Shown: positions 1-11,506, counted from the stretch's first letter. The stretch: DNA of 64,000 bases from an uncultured cyanobacterium (GCA_963706595.1 OY970166.1:5216001-5280000); one strand, 5' to 3'. Translations and numbers: made by a program. The notes: generated by a model not told the origin, from the letters alone.

Positions 1-2
1 CG

Positions 3-2408
3 AAAAGTGGAGGGTTTCGTTGGATTGAGGTATTAGCCCGCTTGAGCTTAGAAGACGATGGTACAATCCTGGGGACTTCAGGAACATTAAGCGACATTAC
101 CGAACGCAAACAAGCTGAGGAAAAACGAGTGCAACTGGCGCGGGAGCAAGTAGCCCGTGCAGTCGTAGAAGTGGCACACCAACAGTCGGCTTTTTTAGCA
201 GAAATCAGTGCTGTGCTGGCATCTTCCTTAGATTATCAACAAACGCTTCAGAGCATTGCTAATTTAGTTGTACCCTACTTTGCCGACTGGTGTTGTGTTG
301 ATTTGCTCAATGATGATCACACCATTAGCCGTGTTGCTGTTGCTCATGATGATGCGGAAAAGGTGGGATTAGGATGGGAAGTGATGCAACTCTATCCCAG
401 ATATTTAGATGATGGCTATGGCATTTCTCAGGTGATGAAAACTGGGCAAAGTCAAATTGCAGTAGAAATTACGGATGAGCAGTTAGTAGCGACCATTCAA
501 GATCCTAAATACTTGCAACTCTTACGCGAACTGGGCTTAAAATCGTGCATTATTGCGCCTTTAAAAGCACGGGAACGAGTTTTTGGCAGCATTTCCTTCG
601 TCTTCACCAAGTCTGATCGCCACTACAGCATGACGGATTTGACCTTGGCTGAAGATTTAACTCGTCGAGCTGCAAACGCCATTGATAATGCTGGCCTTTA
701 TCAACAAGCACAGCAAGCAAGGCAAGCCGCCGAAAAAGCCGCAGACCGCACTGCTAGGTTGCAAACCGTCACAGCCGCCCTTTCCGAATCTCTCACACCC
801 TTGCAAGTTGCAGAGGTCATTGTCGAACAAAGTATGGCAGTTTTGGCAGCGACTTCGGCAATGATAGTTTTGGTGAGCAAAGATAGAAAAGAATTAGAAA
901 TAGTCAAAGCTGTGGGTTTTAATGCCGATTTACTGGAATCCTGGCGCAAATTTTCTATTAATTCCGCTACCCCCTTAGCAGAAGCCATTAGAACTGAAGC
1001 ACCTGTGTGGTTAGAATCTTCAGCCGAGAGAATCGCGCGTTATCCTCACTTAGCTGAAGTTTACGACCCATACGATTTCAAATCATGGGTATCGCTTCCT
1101 CTTGTGACTGAGGGTAAGTCTGTGGGCGGAATGTCGCTGAATTTTGCTGAATTTAAACACCTAAGTCAGGACGACCGCGAATTTATTTTGGCATTATGCC
1201 GTCAATGCGCTCAAGCAATTGCCCGATCGCAATTGTATGAAGCAGAACGCCAAGCTAGAGCCGAGGCGGAACAAGCGAACCGCATTAAAGATGAGTTTTT
1301 GGCTGTGCTTTCCCACGAATTGCGATCGCCTCTCAATCCCATTCTAGGTTGGACAAAAATCCTGCGAACGAAGCGCTTAGATGCCGCCAAAACCGCACAA
1401 GCCTTAGAAACTATCGAACGCAATACCAAGTTACAAGCGCAATTAATTGAAGACTTATTAGATGTTTCACGCATCCTCCAAGGCAAAATGACGTTAAACG
1501 TCGCTCCAGTTAATTTAGCTGCAACCATTAAAGCCGCCCTAGAAACAGTACAACTGGCAGCAGACGTGAAGAACATTCACATCCACACCCAACTTAATCT
1601 GGCTGCTGGAACTGTTTCCGGCGATAGCAACCGCTTACAACAGGTTGTCTGGAACTTAGTCTCTAACGCCGTCAAGTTCACACCATCGGGAGGACGCGTG
1701 GAAGTGCAACTAAAGCAGGTGGGGATGTATGCTCAAATCCAAGTCAAAGACAATGGTAAAGGTATCACTCCAGAGTTTTTACCTTATGTGTTTGAATACT
1801 TCCGCCAAGAAGATGGCGCAACCACCCGAAAATTCGGTGGATTAGGATTGGGGCTGGCAATTGTCCGCAATTTAACGGAACTGCATGGAGGAACCGTTCA
1901 CGCAGATAGTCCGGGGGAAAATTTAGGGACAACATTCACCGTCAGGTTGCCTTTAAAAGTTGTTGAGCAGGAGCTATCTTGTGATCATAGTCATTTAGAA
2001 AATGTCATCAACCTCACAGGTATGCAGATATTGGTTGTGGATGATGACCCAGATATGCGTGAGTTAGTAGAATTCATCCTCATACAAGCTGGCGCACAAG
2101 TGACTACAGCCGCTTCTGCATTACAGGCATTAACCCTCTTAAATCAATCTATCCCTGATGTGCTGCTGTCTGACATCGGGATGCCAGAAATGGATGGCTA
2201 TTCTCTGATGCGGCAAATTAGAAAATACTCACCCGCAGAAGGAGGAACTATCCCCGCGATCGCTCTCTCTGCTTATGCCGGTGAAATTAACCAACAACAA
2301 GCACTCCAAGCCGGATTTCAACAGCATATTTCCAAACCCATCGAACCCGACGAGTTAATTAGGGCAATTGCAATGTTAATTGCAAAACAAGTAAGTCATC
2401 GTAAATAA
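3..2408 (+). CDS. Hybrid sensor histidine kinase/response regulator (PAS/PAC-GAF-GAF-HisKA-HATPase-REC), 5' end outside the window
   Basis: Frame is open from base 3 (KSGGFRWIEVLARL, PAC-like, then DITERK). H-box LSHELRSPL, N-box NLVSNAVKFT, G2 GGLGLGLAI, receiver motifs ILVVDDD / LSDIGMPEMDG / KP. Confidence 0.93.
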   Translation, partial: KSGGFRWIEVLARLSLEDDGTILGTSGTLSDITERKQAEEKRVQLAREQVARAVVEVAHQQSAFLAEISAVLASSLDYQQTLQSIANLVVPYFADWCCVDLLNDDHTISRVAVAHDDAEKVGLGWEVMQLYPRYLDDGYGISQVMKTGQSQIAVEITDEQLVATIQDPKYLQLLRELGLKSCIIAPLKARERVFGSISFVFTKSDRHYSMTDLTLAEDLTRRAANAIDNAGLYQQAQQARQAAEKAADRTARLQTVTAALSESLTPLQVAEVIVEQSMAVLAATSAMIVLVSKDRKELEIVKAVGFNADLLESWRKFSINSATPLAEAIRTEAPVWLESSAERIARYPHLAEVYDPYDFKSWVSLPLVTEGKSVGGMSLNFAEFKHLSQDDREFILALCRQCAQAIARSQLYEAERQARAEAEQANRIKDEFLAVLSHELRSPLNPILGWTKILRTKRLDAAKTAQALETIERNTKLQAQLIEDLLDVSRILQGKMTLNVAPVNLAATIKAALETVQLAADVKNIHIHTQLNLAAGTVSGDSNRLQQVVWNLVSNAVKFTPSGGRVEVQLKQVGMYAQIQVKDNGKGITPEFLPYVFEYFRQEDGATTRKFGGLGLGLAIVRNLTELHGGTVHADSPGENLGTTFTVRLPLKVVEQELSCDHSHLENVINLTGMQILVVDDDPDMRELVEFILIQAGAQVTTAASALQALTLLNQSIPDVLLSDIGMPEMDGYSLMRQIRKYSPAEGGTIPAIALSAYAGEINQQQALQAGFQQHISKPIEPDELIRAIAMLIAKQVSHRK

Positions 2409-2413
2409 TTAAA

Positions 2414-2438
2414 GGTTTGTAGTCAGGACTTTAGTCCT
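2414..2438. repeat. Small dispersed palindromic repeat GGTTTGTAGTCAGGACTTTAGTCCT
   Basis: Exact reverse-complement copy at 34398-34422; related copies at 13785-13808 and 13941-13964. Confidence 0.85.
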
Positions 2439-2558
2439 GAATTAAGGGCTGAGAGCAATTACTACGAGCTAAATTACGATATTTTTACATTACTTCACAT
2501 AGTCAGCTTTATTCTCGCCAACTTACTTAAACAAAATGAACTGTTCAGGTGGAATTAT

Positions 2559-2590
2559 CCCCCCTGCCCCCTGCCCCCTGCCCCCCTGCC
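2559..2590. repeat. STRR-type heptamer tandem (CCCCCTG)n
   Basis: Directly visible tandem, typical of Nostocales intergenic DNA. Confidence 0.85.
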
Positions 2591-2641
2591 TCTTTTTCAC
2601 GGTCTTGTCAGAAGAACATTTATTTTCTGCAAACAGTTCAT

Positions 2642-2659
2642 AATGTAAATAAATGTAAA
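2642..2659 (-). promoter_or_regulatory. HLR1-like (RpaB-binding) direct repeat upstream of the ArsA/GET3 gene
   Basis: Minus strand reads TTTACATT-TA-TTTACATT, a full match to (G/T)TTACA(T/A)(T/A)-N2-(G/T)TTACA(T/A)(T/A). Overlaps a CATAAT -10-like hexamer and ends 27 bp before the ATG. Confidence 0.6.
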
Positions 2660-2686
2660 TAATCCTGAGACAGGACGTAAGCATCC

Positions 2687-3874
2687 ATGCGTGTAATTTT
2701 GATGACAGGCAAAGGCGGCGTAGGCAAAACCTCCGTTGCTGCCGCTACTGGACTCCGTTGTGCAGAACTAGGCTACCGCACACTGGTTTTGAGTACAGAT
2801 CCTGCTCACTCTTTGGCAGATAGTTTCGACTTAGAAATGGGACACGCACCGCGAGAAATTCGCCCCAATTTATGGGGTGCAGAACTCGATGCGCTGCAAG
2901 AACTAGAGGGAAATTGGGGTGCGGTGAAGCGTTACATCACCCAAGTTTTACAAGCCAGGGGTTTAGAAGGAGTGCAAGCCGAAGAATTAGCCATCTTACC
3001 CGGTATGGATGAGATTTTCGGCTTGGTCAGGATGAAACGCCACTACGATGAAGGCGAGTTTGATGTTTTGATTATCGACTCAGCACCAACCGGCACCGCA
3101 TTACGCTTGCTGAGTTTACCTGAAGTGGGCGGCTGGTATATGCGCCGTTTTTACAAGCCATTTCAAAATATCTCGGTAGCACTACGGCCGTTGGTGGAAC
3201 CTTTCTTTAAACCCATTGCCGGTTTTTCGCTCCCAGATAAAGAGGTGATGGATGCACCTTATGAATTTTATGAGCAAATTGAAGCCCTGGAAAAAGTATT
3301 AAGTGATAATACTCAAACCTCAGTGCGTCTGGTAACAAATCCCGAAAAGATGGTAATTAAAGAATCTCTCCGCGCCCATGCTTATCTAAGTTTATATAAT
3401 GTGGCTACGGATTTAGTGATTGCTAATCGCATCATTCCCCAGGAAGTCCAAGATCCCTTTTTCCAACGTTGGAAGGAAAGCCAGGAGCAATATCGCCAGG
3501 AAATACATGACAACTTTATGCCTCTACCTGTCAAAGAAGTGCCGCTTTTTTCTGAGGAAATGTGTGGTTTAGCCGCCTTAGAACGTCTGAAAGAAACTCT
3601 TTACAAAGATGAAGACCCAACTCAGGTATATCACAAAGAAACAACTATGAGAGTTGTGCAAGTGGACAAGCAATATAGTTTGGAGATTTACTTACCTGGG
3701 ATTGCCAAAGACAAAATTCAACTGAGTAAAAATGGTGATGAATTAAATATTACGATTGGTAATCATCGCCGGAATTTAGTTTTGCCACAAGCTTTGGCTG
3801 CATTACAACCAGGAGGAGCTAAGATGGAAGATGACTATCTGAAAATTCGCTTTACTGACTATGTAAAAGTTTAA
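2687..3874 (+). CDS. ArsA/GET3/TRC40-family ATPase with C-terminal HSP20-like domain
   Basis: GKGGVGKT P-loop, [14 protein letters not shown]; alpha-crystallin-like C-terminus. Confidence 0.93.
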   Translation: MRVILMTGKGGVGKTSVAAATGLRCAELGYRTLVLSTDPAHSLADSFDLEMGHAPREIRPNLWGAELDALQELEGNWGAVKRYITQVLQARGLEGVQAEELAILPGMDEIFGLVRMKRHYDEGEFDVLIIDSAPTGTALRLLSLPEVGGWYMRRFYKPFQNISVALRPLVEPFFKPIAGFSLPDKEVMDAPYEFYEQIEALEKVLSDNTQTSVRLVTNPEKMVIKESLRAHAYLSLYNVATDLVIANRIIPQEVQDPFFQRWKESQEQYRQEIHDNFMPLPVKEVPLFSEEMCGLAALERLKETLYKDEDPTQVYHKETTMRVVQVDKQYSLEIYLPGIAKDKIQLSKNGDELNITIGNHRRNLVLPQALAALQPGGAKMEDDYLKIRFTDYVKV

Positions 3875-3906
3875 TTTTACTGCTGAGTTAAAGTGCAGTT
3901 AAATGG

Positions 3907-3948
3907 TCAAAAGTAGAGATTTTTAAATAATCTAGTCTCTACTTTTGA
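3907..3948. terminator. Stem-loop downstream of the ArsA gene (putative terminator)
   Basis: TCAAAAGTAGAGA ... TCTCTACTTTTGA, perfect 13-bp inverted repeat. Confidence 0.55.
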
Positions 3949-4127
3949 GCAATACTTCCTTAGCGGTACAAGCCCCCAGATTTATCTTTGGGGCAAATCC
4001 CTTCGGGTTCAGCTTTGCCCGTAGTTACACTGTGGACAAAACTATCAAATAAATTTCAAAATAAAATATTTCTATATTTATGCCTGTCTCATTATTGATT
4101 TTTGGGAAATTTATTTAATAAAACGCA

Positions 4128-6881
4128 ATGTCACAGTTCGCTAAACCAAATTTTAGGAAAAGTATTGATCAAGAAAGTTTGCTGCGCCGCATTACAAATC
4201 GTATCCGCCAAACATTAGAACTAGAAGAAATCATCACAGCGACAACGGCGGAAGTCTGTTCGTTACTGGGAACCGACCGAGTAATGATTTACAAATTTCA
4301 TGCCGATGGTAGTGGTCAAGTTATTTCTGAGTCGATTCATGAGAACCGATTACCGTCATTGCTGGGGCTAAATTTTCCAGATGATGACATTCCGCCCCAT
4401 GCCCGTGAGTTATTTATGACATCAAGGGTGCGCTCTATTGTCAATGTGGAAACACAACAGATTGGTGAAAGTTCCCTGCAAGAGTTGGAAAATGGGGAAA
4501 ATTTAGCCCAGGATATCCGTTATCGCCCTGTAGATCCCTGTCATGTAGAATACTTAACGGCAATGGGGGTGAAGTCTTCTTTGGTAGCGCCTATTTTCTA
4601 TCAAGATCAACTGTGGGGGCTATTGGCTGCTCATAATTCTGAGCCATCTGATATTTCCGAAGATGAATTGACAGCTGTGCAGATGGTAGTAGATCAGCTT
4701 TCGATCGCGATCGCTCAAAGTAATCTTTTGACTCAAGCTCGTGAAAAAGCCGAACGGGAAAAAATTATCAACCGTATTTCTACTCTACTACATTCACTGC
4801 CCACAATTATCTTCCAGCCAGCATTAGAAGCAGCTGTTGCGGCCTTTAATGGCTGTGGTGGTCGGCTGTGTATGAAAGATCAAGCTTTGAACCTCCACAA
4901 TGAGCCACCTACCAATTTAACAGAATGCTTAATGCCTAAAAGTAATGGTGTCCAAGTTTATACCTACGGACAACAACCTCTCATCCCAACGCAAAGTGTA
5001 TATCCACTCATGGAGCAGTACAGTGTTTGGCAGGAACATTACAAGTCTGGTCAATACGATGCTTGGGCAATTTCCGATATATATCAAATTCCCCACTTAC
5101 GCAGTTTGCAAGTTGCTTTTAAACCAACTAAAATTCGCAGTATCTTGATGATTCCTTTGAAATATCGTCAGCAGTTAGTCGGCTACTTAAGTATTTTCCG
5201 CGAGGAAATAGACACAGAAACTCTGTGGGCTGGTCAATTTGACCTCGATGAAAGACAAGTATATCCCCGGCTCTCCTTTGACGTTTGGCGGGAATCGAAA
5301 AAGGCACAAGCTCAGACATGGACTGAAGCTGAGATTGCACTAGCTGGAGATATTGGTGATCTGTTTGCATCGGCAATTCAACAGCATGAACTATACCAAC
5401 AGGTACAAGCTTTCAATGCCAACTTAGAACATGAAGTGCAGAAGCGCACTCTGCAACTGCAACGGACATCTGAACAACAACGGGTATTATTTGAAGTTGT
5501 GGCTAAAATCCGGGAATCTCTGGATATCAAAGCAATTTTTCAGACAACGACCCAGGAACTTTGCAAATCGCTGCAAGCAGATCGGGTGGCTGTCTACCGC
5601 TTTCACCCAAATTGGAGTGGTGAGTTTATGGCTGAGTTTGTCGGTGAGGAATGGATAAAGCTGGTAACGGTGGATGTGAATACAGTTTGGCAAGATTCCT
5701 ATTTGCAAGAAACTGAGGGTGGGCGATATCGCTACAATGAAACCTTGGCAGTGGATGATATTTATCAAGCTGGCCATTCTCAATGTCATATTGCATTTTT
5801 AGAGCAACTTCAGGCTAAAGCTTATGCGATCGCCCCAATTTTTATTGGGCAACAACTTTGGGGCTTGCTAGCAGCATATCAAAACGCTGCACCTCGTCAC
5901 TGGGAATCTGCGGAAATTCAGTTCATTGCTCAAATTGCCTTGCAGCTGGGAGTAGCACTGCAACAAGCTGAATTGCTCAAACAAAGCCAAGAACAGGCAG
6001 AGCAGCTAGTGCAAGCTCTGCGAAATTTACAACAAACTCAAAGCCAACTTATCCAAACTGAAAAAATGTCCAGTTTGGGTCAATTGGTTGCGGGTGTGGC
6101 TCACGAAATCAACAACCCAGTTAATTTTATCTATGGCAATTTAGCCCATGTCGATGAATATGCTGAAGATTTAGTTAGTATGTTAGAACTCTATCAGCAG
6201 CACTGCCCTCAGCCCAGTCAGGAAATTATCAATCGGGCGGAAGAAATTGACTTAGAATTTATTAGCGAGGATTTTCCCAAAACTTTATCTTCGATGAAAA
6301 TTGGGGTTGATCGCATCCGTCAGATTGTCATGTCTTTACGAAATTTCTCGCGACTAGATCAGGCAGAAATGAAAGCTGTGAATATTCACGAGGGCATTGA
6401 TAGCACTCTGCTAATTTTACAGCATCGTTTGAAAGCATTACCCGAAGTTCCCAATATTCAAATAATTAAAGAATACGGCGATTTACCACTGGTAGAATGT
6501 TATGCCGGACAAATTAATCAAGTATTTATGAATGTTTTAAGCAATGCCATTGATGCTTTAGAACATGAGAAAAAGTCTACATCAGAGGAGGTTAATCCTG
6601 GTCAAATTAGCATTCATACTGCTGTTAGTGAATTTGAGAATAAAGTACAAAGTGTGGTGATTCGCATTACCGACAATGGCGCAGGAATCCCCGAATCTGT
6701 GCAGCAAAGAGTATTTGACCCATTTTTTACCACTAAACCAGTAGGAAAAGGTACTGGTTTGGGGTTATCGATTAGTTACCAAATTGTGGTGGAAAAGCAT
6801 CACGGGATTTTTAAATGTAATTCTCAATCCAATTTAGGCACAGAATTCTGGATTGAAATTCCTGTTTCTCATATTAGATGA
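4128..6881 (+). CDS. aphC: AphC/All2699-like photoreceptor histidine kinase (knotless phytochrome GAF-PHY, cyanobacteriochrome GAF, HK)
   Basis: GAF1 has the DIP motif (DDDIPP) and chromophore Cys (DPCH). The second domain has the tongue motif PRLSF. GAF3 has WQDSYLQETEGGRY...CH (red/green-type CBCR). H-box AHEINNP; FTTKPVGKGTGLGLS. Confidence 0.85.
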   Translation: MSQFAKPNFRKSIDQESLLRRITNRIRQTLELEEIITATTAEVCSLLGTDRVMIYKFHADGSGQVISESIHENRLPSLLGLNFPDDDIPPHARELFMTSRVRSIVNVETQQIGESSLQELENGENLAQDIRYRPVDPCHVEYLTAMGVKSSLVAPIFYQDQLWGLLAAHNSEPSDISEDELTAVQMVVDQLSIAIAQSNLLTQAREKAEREKIINRISTLLHSLPTIIFQPALEAAVAAFNGCGGRLCMKDQALNLHNEPPTNLTECLMPKSNGVQVYTYGQQPLIPTQSVYPLMEQYSVWQEHYKSGQYDAWAISDIYQIPHLRSLQVAFKPTKIRSILMIPLKYRQQLVGYLSIFREEIDTETLWAGQFDLDERQVYPRLSFDVWRESKKAQAQTWTEAEIALAGDIGDLFASAIQQHELYQQVQAFNANLEHEVQKRTLQLQRTSEQQRVLFEVVAKIRESLDIKAIFQTTTQELCKSLQADRVAVYRFHPNWSGEFMAEFVGEEWIKLVTVDVNTVWQDSYLQETEGGRYRYNETLAVDDIYQAGHSQCHIAFLEQLQAKAYAIAPIFIGQQLWGLLAAYQNAAPRHWESAEIQFIAQIALQLGVALQQAELLKQSQEQAEQLVQALRNLQQTQSQLIQTEKMSSLGQLVAGVAHEINNPVNFIYGNLAHVDEYAEDLVSMLELYQQHCPQPSQEIINRAEEIDLEFISEDFPKTLSSMKIGVDRIRQIVMSLRNFSRLDQAEMKAVNIHEGIDSTLLILQHRLKALPEVPNIQIIKEYGDLPLVECYAGQINQVFMNVLSNAIDALEHEKKSTSEEVNPGQISIHTAVSEFENKVQSVVIRITDNGAGIPESVQQRVFDPFFTTKPVGKGTGLGLSISYQIVVEKHHGIFKCNSQSNLGTEFWIEIPVSHIR

Positions 6882-6883
6882 AA

Positions 6884-7067
6884 GTGCTGAGTGCTGAGTG
6901 AAGAAAGTTTTGAGTAAGTTTCTTTCCCCCCCGCTCCCTGCTCCCTGCCCCCCTGCCTCTTCTCCCTGCCCCCTGCTCCCTGCCCCCCTGCCTCTTCTCC
7001 CTTGCCCCCCTGCCTCTTCTCCCTTGCCCCCCTGCCTCTTCTCCCCTGCCTCTTCTCCCTTGCCTCT
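6884..7067. repeat. STRR-type low-complexity tandems (GTGCTGA; CCCCTGC/CCTCTTCT units)
   Basis: Visible tandems between the convergent aphC and dnaN genes. Confidence 0.85.
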
Positions 7068-7069
7068 TT

Positions 7070-8233
7070 TTAGCTTCTCAGTTGCACGGGCATAGCTAAA
7101 TAGGTCATTTTCAAACCTCCCAAGGGTGTAAAAATTACTGGAGTTAGGGCTTGATTGAGGTGGATTTGAATTTCTGAGGATGGTAATTCTTTCAACCCTT
7201 CCATTAAATATTTAATATTAAAGGCAATTTCTATATCTTCCCCTGATATTTGTGCAGGAATTGACTCTCTACCGCTACCCACATCTTGCGCTTCACAGGA
7301 TAAGGTGATTTCCTGGGCGGCGCTGTTAATGCTAACTTTGACAATATTATTTTTTTGGTCAGCTAGCACGGCGATGCGCTCTAAAGTGCTAATTAGTTGT
7401 TTGCGTTCGATTGTTAATTGGCGCTCAAATTGGCGGGGAATTAGTTGGCGGTAAGCGGGATATTGACCATCTAAGGTGCGGCTGGTTAAGCGTTGATTTT
7501 GCCATGCAAATACAACTTGACCTTGATCTAAATATAAGGCGATCGCTTCATCAGAAGCAGCATTATGAGCCAACATCCGTTGTAGTTCCCGTAAGGCTCT
7601 CGCTGGAACTGTCACCTCTAGTTGATCACTATTGTCCAAAGGACGCTCGTTAGTTGTTTCTACTACTGCTAGGCGGTGTCCATCGGTAGCGGCAAATTCT
7701 AGAGTATCTTGTTTAACAGTTAAATGCACTCCGGTTAATACTTGCTTGGTTTCATCGCCACTGGTAGCAAATAATGAACCGCGTAATCCTTCAATTAATG
7801 CGGCTGTGGTGAGTTGAATTGGTTCAGCATTTTCAATCATGGGGAGTTCGGGGAACTCTTCAGCGCTCATGGCTCGGACTTGATAATGTCCATTCTTGGG
7901 TGTGAGGGTGACAATTAAACCTTCTCCTGTGGCTGTGTCTGAGTCTAGGGCTGATTCATCGTCTAAAGTAACTTCTCCTTCTTGAAGACGTGAGGTGATG
8001 TCTACAAGTAGTTTAGCGGGGAGAGCGATCGCTCCTCCTTCTATTACCTCAGCATTAAAGCTGGTGCGAATACCCAAACTCAGATCAAAAGCAGTTAAAC
8101 TCACTTGATTAGTTTCAGCATCTGCTTGTAGCAGCACATTGGCTAAAACTGGATGAGTTGGGCGTGACGGGACTGCACGACTGACAAGTGAGAGGTTTGT
8201 ACTGAGGTCGCTTTGAGTGCAAACTAATTTCAT
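7070..8233 (-). CDS. dnaN: DNA polymerase III subunit beta (sliding clamp)
   Basis: MKLVCTQSDL start, AATDGHRLAV, GQYPAY, C-terminal MPVQLR; lies downstream of dnaA. Confidence 0.97.
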   Translation of the reverse strand: MKLVCTQSDLSTNLSLVSRAVPSRPTHPVLANVLLQADAETNQVSLTAFDLSLGIRTSFNAEVIEGGAIALPAKLLVDITSRLQEGEVTLDDESALDSDTATGEGLIVTLTPKNGHYQVRAMSAEEFPELPMIENAEPIQLTTAALIEGLRGSLFATSGDETKQVLTGVHLTVKQDTLEFAATDGHRLAVVETTNERPLDNSDQLEVTVPARALRELQRMLAHNAASDEAIALYLDQGQVVFAWQNQRLTSRTLDGQYPAYRQLIPRQFERQLTIERKQLISTLERIAVLADQKNNIVKVSINSAAQEITLSCEAQDVGSGRESIPAQISGEDIEIAFNIKYLMEGLKELPSSEIQIHLNQALTPVIFTPLGGLKMTYLAMPVQLRS

Positions 8234-8294
8234 AAGCAAGTAGGTAGAGGCGGGATTAATCGAATCTGTGGGTTGTTTCTGTTTCTATCAAATC

Positions 8295-8545
8295 ATGAAT
8301 TGTGGAAATTGTGGAAAACTCCCCACAAGTCAGTTCAAAGGATGGTTGAGTAAGTGAATTTCTGTGGAAAACCTGTGGAAAACTCCCCGACTTTTTCCAC
8401 AGGTTAATGATATTTCCCGAAGTTTTCCCCAAAAAATTCTGATTTTTCCACAGATAAATTTAAATTTAATCAGTTTTTATACTTTACTTAATATTCTGTG
8501 TGAACTGTTCAACAATTATGGCAGTGATGGCTGGGGAAAACAATT
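8295..8545. other. oriC: Chromosomal replication origin oriC (DnaA-box cluster plus AT-rich unwinding element)
   Basis: Cyanobacterial-type boxes TTTTCCACA/TGTGGAAAA at 8310, 8363, 8374, 8393 and 8444; near-matches at 8301, 8319, 8423 and 8532; AT-rich tract ~8453-8495; located between dnaA and dnaN. Confidence 0.88.
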
Positions 8546-8600
8546 TTTTGCTGGACAGAGGATTTGGGGGAACAGCTAGCGCCACAAGGCGGACGATAAT

Positions 8601-9980
8601 TTATTTGCGCTGTTGTCTGCTATTCATGTTGATGCGATCGCTCAATTGACCTAGAATTTGTGCTAACCCGCGATCGCTTTCCCGGAGTTGGGCAATCTTA
8701 TCACAACTATAAATCACCGTTGTATGGTCTTTACCACCAAACTCCTCACCAATTCTCGGCAAACTCAAATCAGTGTGTTGGCGCATGAGATACATTCCGA
8801 TTTGACGCGCCCAACTAATTTCTCGTCGCCGGGAGTTACTTTTCAGGTCTTCAATAGAGATAGCAAAATTATCACCAATAACTGATAATATCACCTCTGG
8901 AGTAGCCGCCACTTTCTGGCTTTGTCTTTCTAAAACAGGTGTGATATTCTCCACCGTCATGGCTAAACCCCAAATAGAAATATAAGCCAGCGCCCGAATT
9001 AAAGCTCCTTCCAACTCGCGAATATTATTCGTGTAGTTAGAAGCAATATATTCAATTACATCCCTGGGCAGACTCATATTTTCGTATTCAGCCTTTTTCT
9101 GGAGAATTGCCATCCTAGTTTCTAAATCTGGAGTTTGCACATCAGCAATTAAACCCATGGAAAACCGGGAACACAGACGTTCTTGCAACTGAGGAATCTG
9201 GTGAGGCGGACGGTCCGAAGCAATCACCACTTGCTTGCCAGCTTCATGTAACGTATTAAAAGTATGAAAAAATTCTTCTTGAGTATATTCCTTACCCTCA
9301 ATAAACTGAATATCATCGACTAACAACACATCAGCAGCCCGGTAATGCTCCCGGAAAGTTTGCATACTATCATTGCGGATAGCAGTAATTAAGTCATTAG
9401 TAAATTGCTCTGTAGATACATAAAATATTTGAGACTCAGGACATATTTCCCAACGATAATGAGCAATAGCTTGCATCAGGTGAGTTTTTCCCAAACCGAC
9501 ACCACCGCATAAAAATAAAGGATTAAACTCTCTCCCTGGCGATTCCGCCACAGCCAAAGAAGCTGCGTGAGCCATCCGATTGTTAGCACCAACTACAAAT
9601 CGCGAAAATACATATTTAGAATTTAAGTTGGTCGTAGGTTGCTTTTTTTGAGGCATACTTTCAGCAGTCATGTTTTGGCTAGGTAAATCCCAGGTAACTT
9701 CCGGTTCCCCTAAATTAGTAACTTCATCACCCTGAGCAACTGTAATGTAGATTTCTACAGGATGACCCAAAATATCTTGCACTACATTAGCAATGGTGTT
9801 GATGTAATATTTTTGTAACCAATTACGAGCAAAAGGATTAGGAGTAATGATCACCAAGCAATTATTTTCTAATCGTTCAGCGTTAGCAGTTTTTATCCAA
9901 GTTTCAAAGGTAGGACGGGATAATTCTAACTGTAAGCGCTGTAGCACCTGAATCCACAAACTGTCAATGGGAATTTCCAT
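8601..9980 (-). CDS. dnaA: Chromosomal replication initiator DnaA
   Basis: [46 protein letters not shown]. Confidence 0.98.
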   Translation of the reverse strand: MEIPIDSLWIQVLQRLQLELSRPTFETWIKTANAERLENNCLVIITPNPFARNWLQKYYINTIANVVQDILGHPVEIYITVAQGDEVTNLGEPEVTWDLPSQNMTAESMPQKKQPTTNLNSKYVFSRFVVGANNRMAHAASLAVAESPGREFNPLFLCGGVGLGKTHLMQAIAHYRWEICPESQIFYVSTEQFTNDLITAIRNDSMQTFREHYRAADVLLVDDIQFIEGKEYTQEEFFHTFNTLHEAGKQVVIASDRPPHQIPQLQERLCSRFSMGLIADVQTPDLETRMAILQKKAEYENMSLPRDVIEYIASNYTNNIRELEGALIRALAYISIWGLAMTVENITPVLERQSQKVAATPEVILSVIGDNFAISIEDLKSNSRRREISWARQIGMYLMRQHTDLSLPRIGEEFGGKDHTTVIYSCDKIAQLRESDRGLAQILGQLSDRINMNSRQQRK

Positions 9981-10150
9981 TATTTACCACCTTTGCTACT
10001 AATCGTCACAATAGAAGATGTCAGAAGGCACTAATTTAGTATTTATAAGTTCTAGACCTGAAACAAGCTTTTGAGTTGTCATCATTCACAGGACATACCC
10101 GGTAGGCAATATCCTATCACCCACTGACTAGCACGGAGAAGCAAAGACAC

Positions 10151-11422
10151 ATGAAAAAAACAGAGCATAACTTGAAAGTCCCGGATATGGATACCTGGGG
10201 TTTGCCGCACTGGCGAGAATCAAGCAGTATAATCAAGTTGATGCTACTAAGTGGGGTAACAGTTGTGTCCCTTGGCGGCTGCTCGTTTCTACCAGCCAAA
10301 ACCTTTGAGAGCCAAAAAAATAATCCTCAGTCTCAGATTGCGACTCAAAATACAAATAATAACAGTCCGGCTCTGACAACTCCAGCCATTACCTCCTCAT
10401 CTGGTACAGATCCTAACTTTGTAGTCGCAGTCGTACAACAGGTTGGAGATGCAGTAGTTCGGATTGATGCGTCTAGAACAGTACAATCTCGGCGTGTACC
10501 AACCGATCCATTTTTGCGGCGATTTGGCAATCCAGGGCTATCACAGCCTAGACAGCGAGTAGAGCGGGGTAGCGGCTCTGGATTTATTATTAATTCTTCT
10601 GGTCAAATTTTGACTAACGCCCATGTTGTAGACGGTGCTGATTCTGTAATTGTCACCCTTAAGGATGGTAGGACTTTTGATGGTCAAGTGTTGGGTGAAG
10701 ATCCGATTACAGATGTGGCTGTAATCGAAATTGAAGCTAATAATCTGCCAATTTTACCCATAGGCGACTCTGATACCTTGCAACCAGGAGAAGCAGTGAT
10801 TGCCATTGGTAATCCTTTAGGGTTGAATAATACCGTTACCTCTGGCATACTCAGCGCTACGGGGCGTTCTAGTAGTGATATTGGGGTGAGCGATAAGCGA
10901 GTTGACTATCTTCAAACTGATGCAGCTATTAATCCTGGTAACTCTGGCGGGCCATTACTCAATTTCCGTGGTCAGGTAATTGGGATGAACACAGCAATCA
11001 TTCAAGGCGCGCAAGGGCTAGGATTTGCCATTCCCATGAACACAGTACAAAGAATTTCTCAGGAATTAATCACTAAAGGCAGAGTCGATCATCCTTATCT
11101 AGGTATTCAAATGGTGACGTTGACACCAGAAGTAAAATCAACAATCAATAATGATCCACGTAATCGCTTGAATATCGTCGCAGATCAGGGTGTCTTATTG
11201 GTTGATATTGTACCGCGCTCTCCAGCATTTGCTGCTGGACTAAAATCTCGTGATTTGATTCAAAGCATTAATAACCAACCCGTTACTAAAATTGAAGAGG
11301 TACAGAAACTGGTAGAAAAAAGCCAAATTGGTATTCCTTTACAAATACAAGTGGAACGCAATGGGCAAGTTATATCAGTAGCCGTTAGTCCAGCACCTTT
11401 ACCAGCGCGAACAGAAGAGTGA
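10151..11422 (+). CDS. HhoA/HhoB/HtrA-family serine protease with PDZ domain (possible lipoprotein)
   Basis: [32 protein letters not shown]-terminal PDZ; lipobox-like SLGGC. Start codon uncertain. Confidence 0.92.
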   Translation: MKKTEHNLKVPDMDTWGLPHWRESSSIIKLMLLSGVTVVSLGGCSFLPAKTFESQKNNPQSQIATQNTNNNSPALTTPAITSSSGTDPNFVVAVVQQVGDAVVRIDASRTVQSRRVPTDPFLRRFGNPGLSQPRQRVERGSGSGFIINSSGQILTNAHVVDGADSVIVTLKDGRTFDGQVLGEDPITDVAVIEIEANNLPILPIGDSDTLQPGEAVIAIGNPLGLNNTVTSGILSATGRSSSDIGVSDKRVDYLQTDAAINPGNSGGPLLNFRGQVIGMNTAIIQGAQGLGFAIPMNTVQRISQELITKGRVDHPYLGIQMVTLTPEVKSTINNDPRNRLNIVADQGVLLVDIVPRSPAFAAGLKSRDLIQSINNQPVTKIEEVQKLVEKSQIGIPLQIQVERNGQVISVAVSPAPLPARTEE

Positions 11423-11506
11423 CAGAAGCGGGTGGGGAGCGGGGGAGTTGGAAATTACTTGACACGGAAGGCTGCACAAAAAGCTTTCCACTTCTCCCCT
11501 GCTCCC

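Noticed and set aside
2687..3874. Arsenic resistance operon
   Set aside because: Single-domain ArsA/GET3 homologue with no arsB, arsC, arsR or arsD nearby.
6898..7095. Pro/Cys-rich 65-aa ORF (similarly 29288-29515, 29549-29752, 31387-31644, 31659-31928, 11419-11613, 32414-32638)
   Set aside because: These are translations of STRR/MITE sequence, not credible proteins or RiPP precursors.
8364..8579. 71-aa ORF between dnaN and dnaA
   Set aside because: It overlaps the DnaA-box cluster and is explained by oriC.
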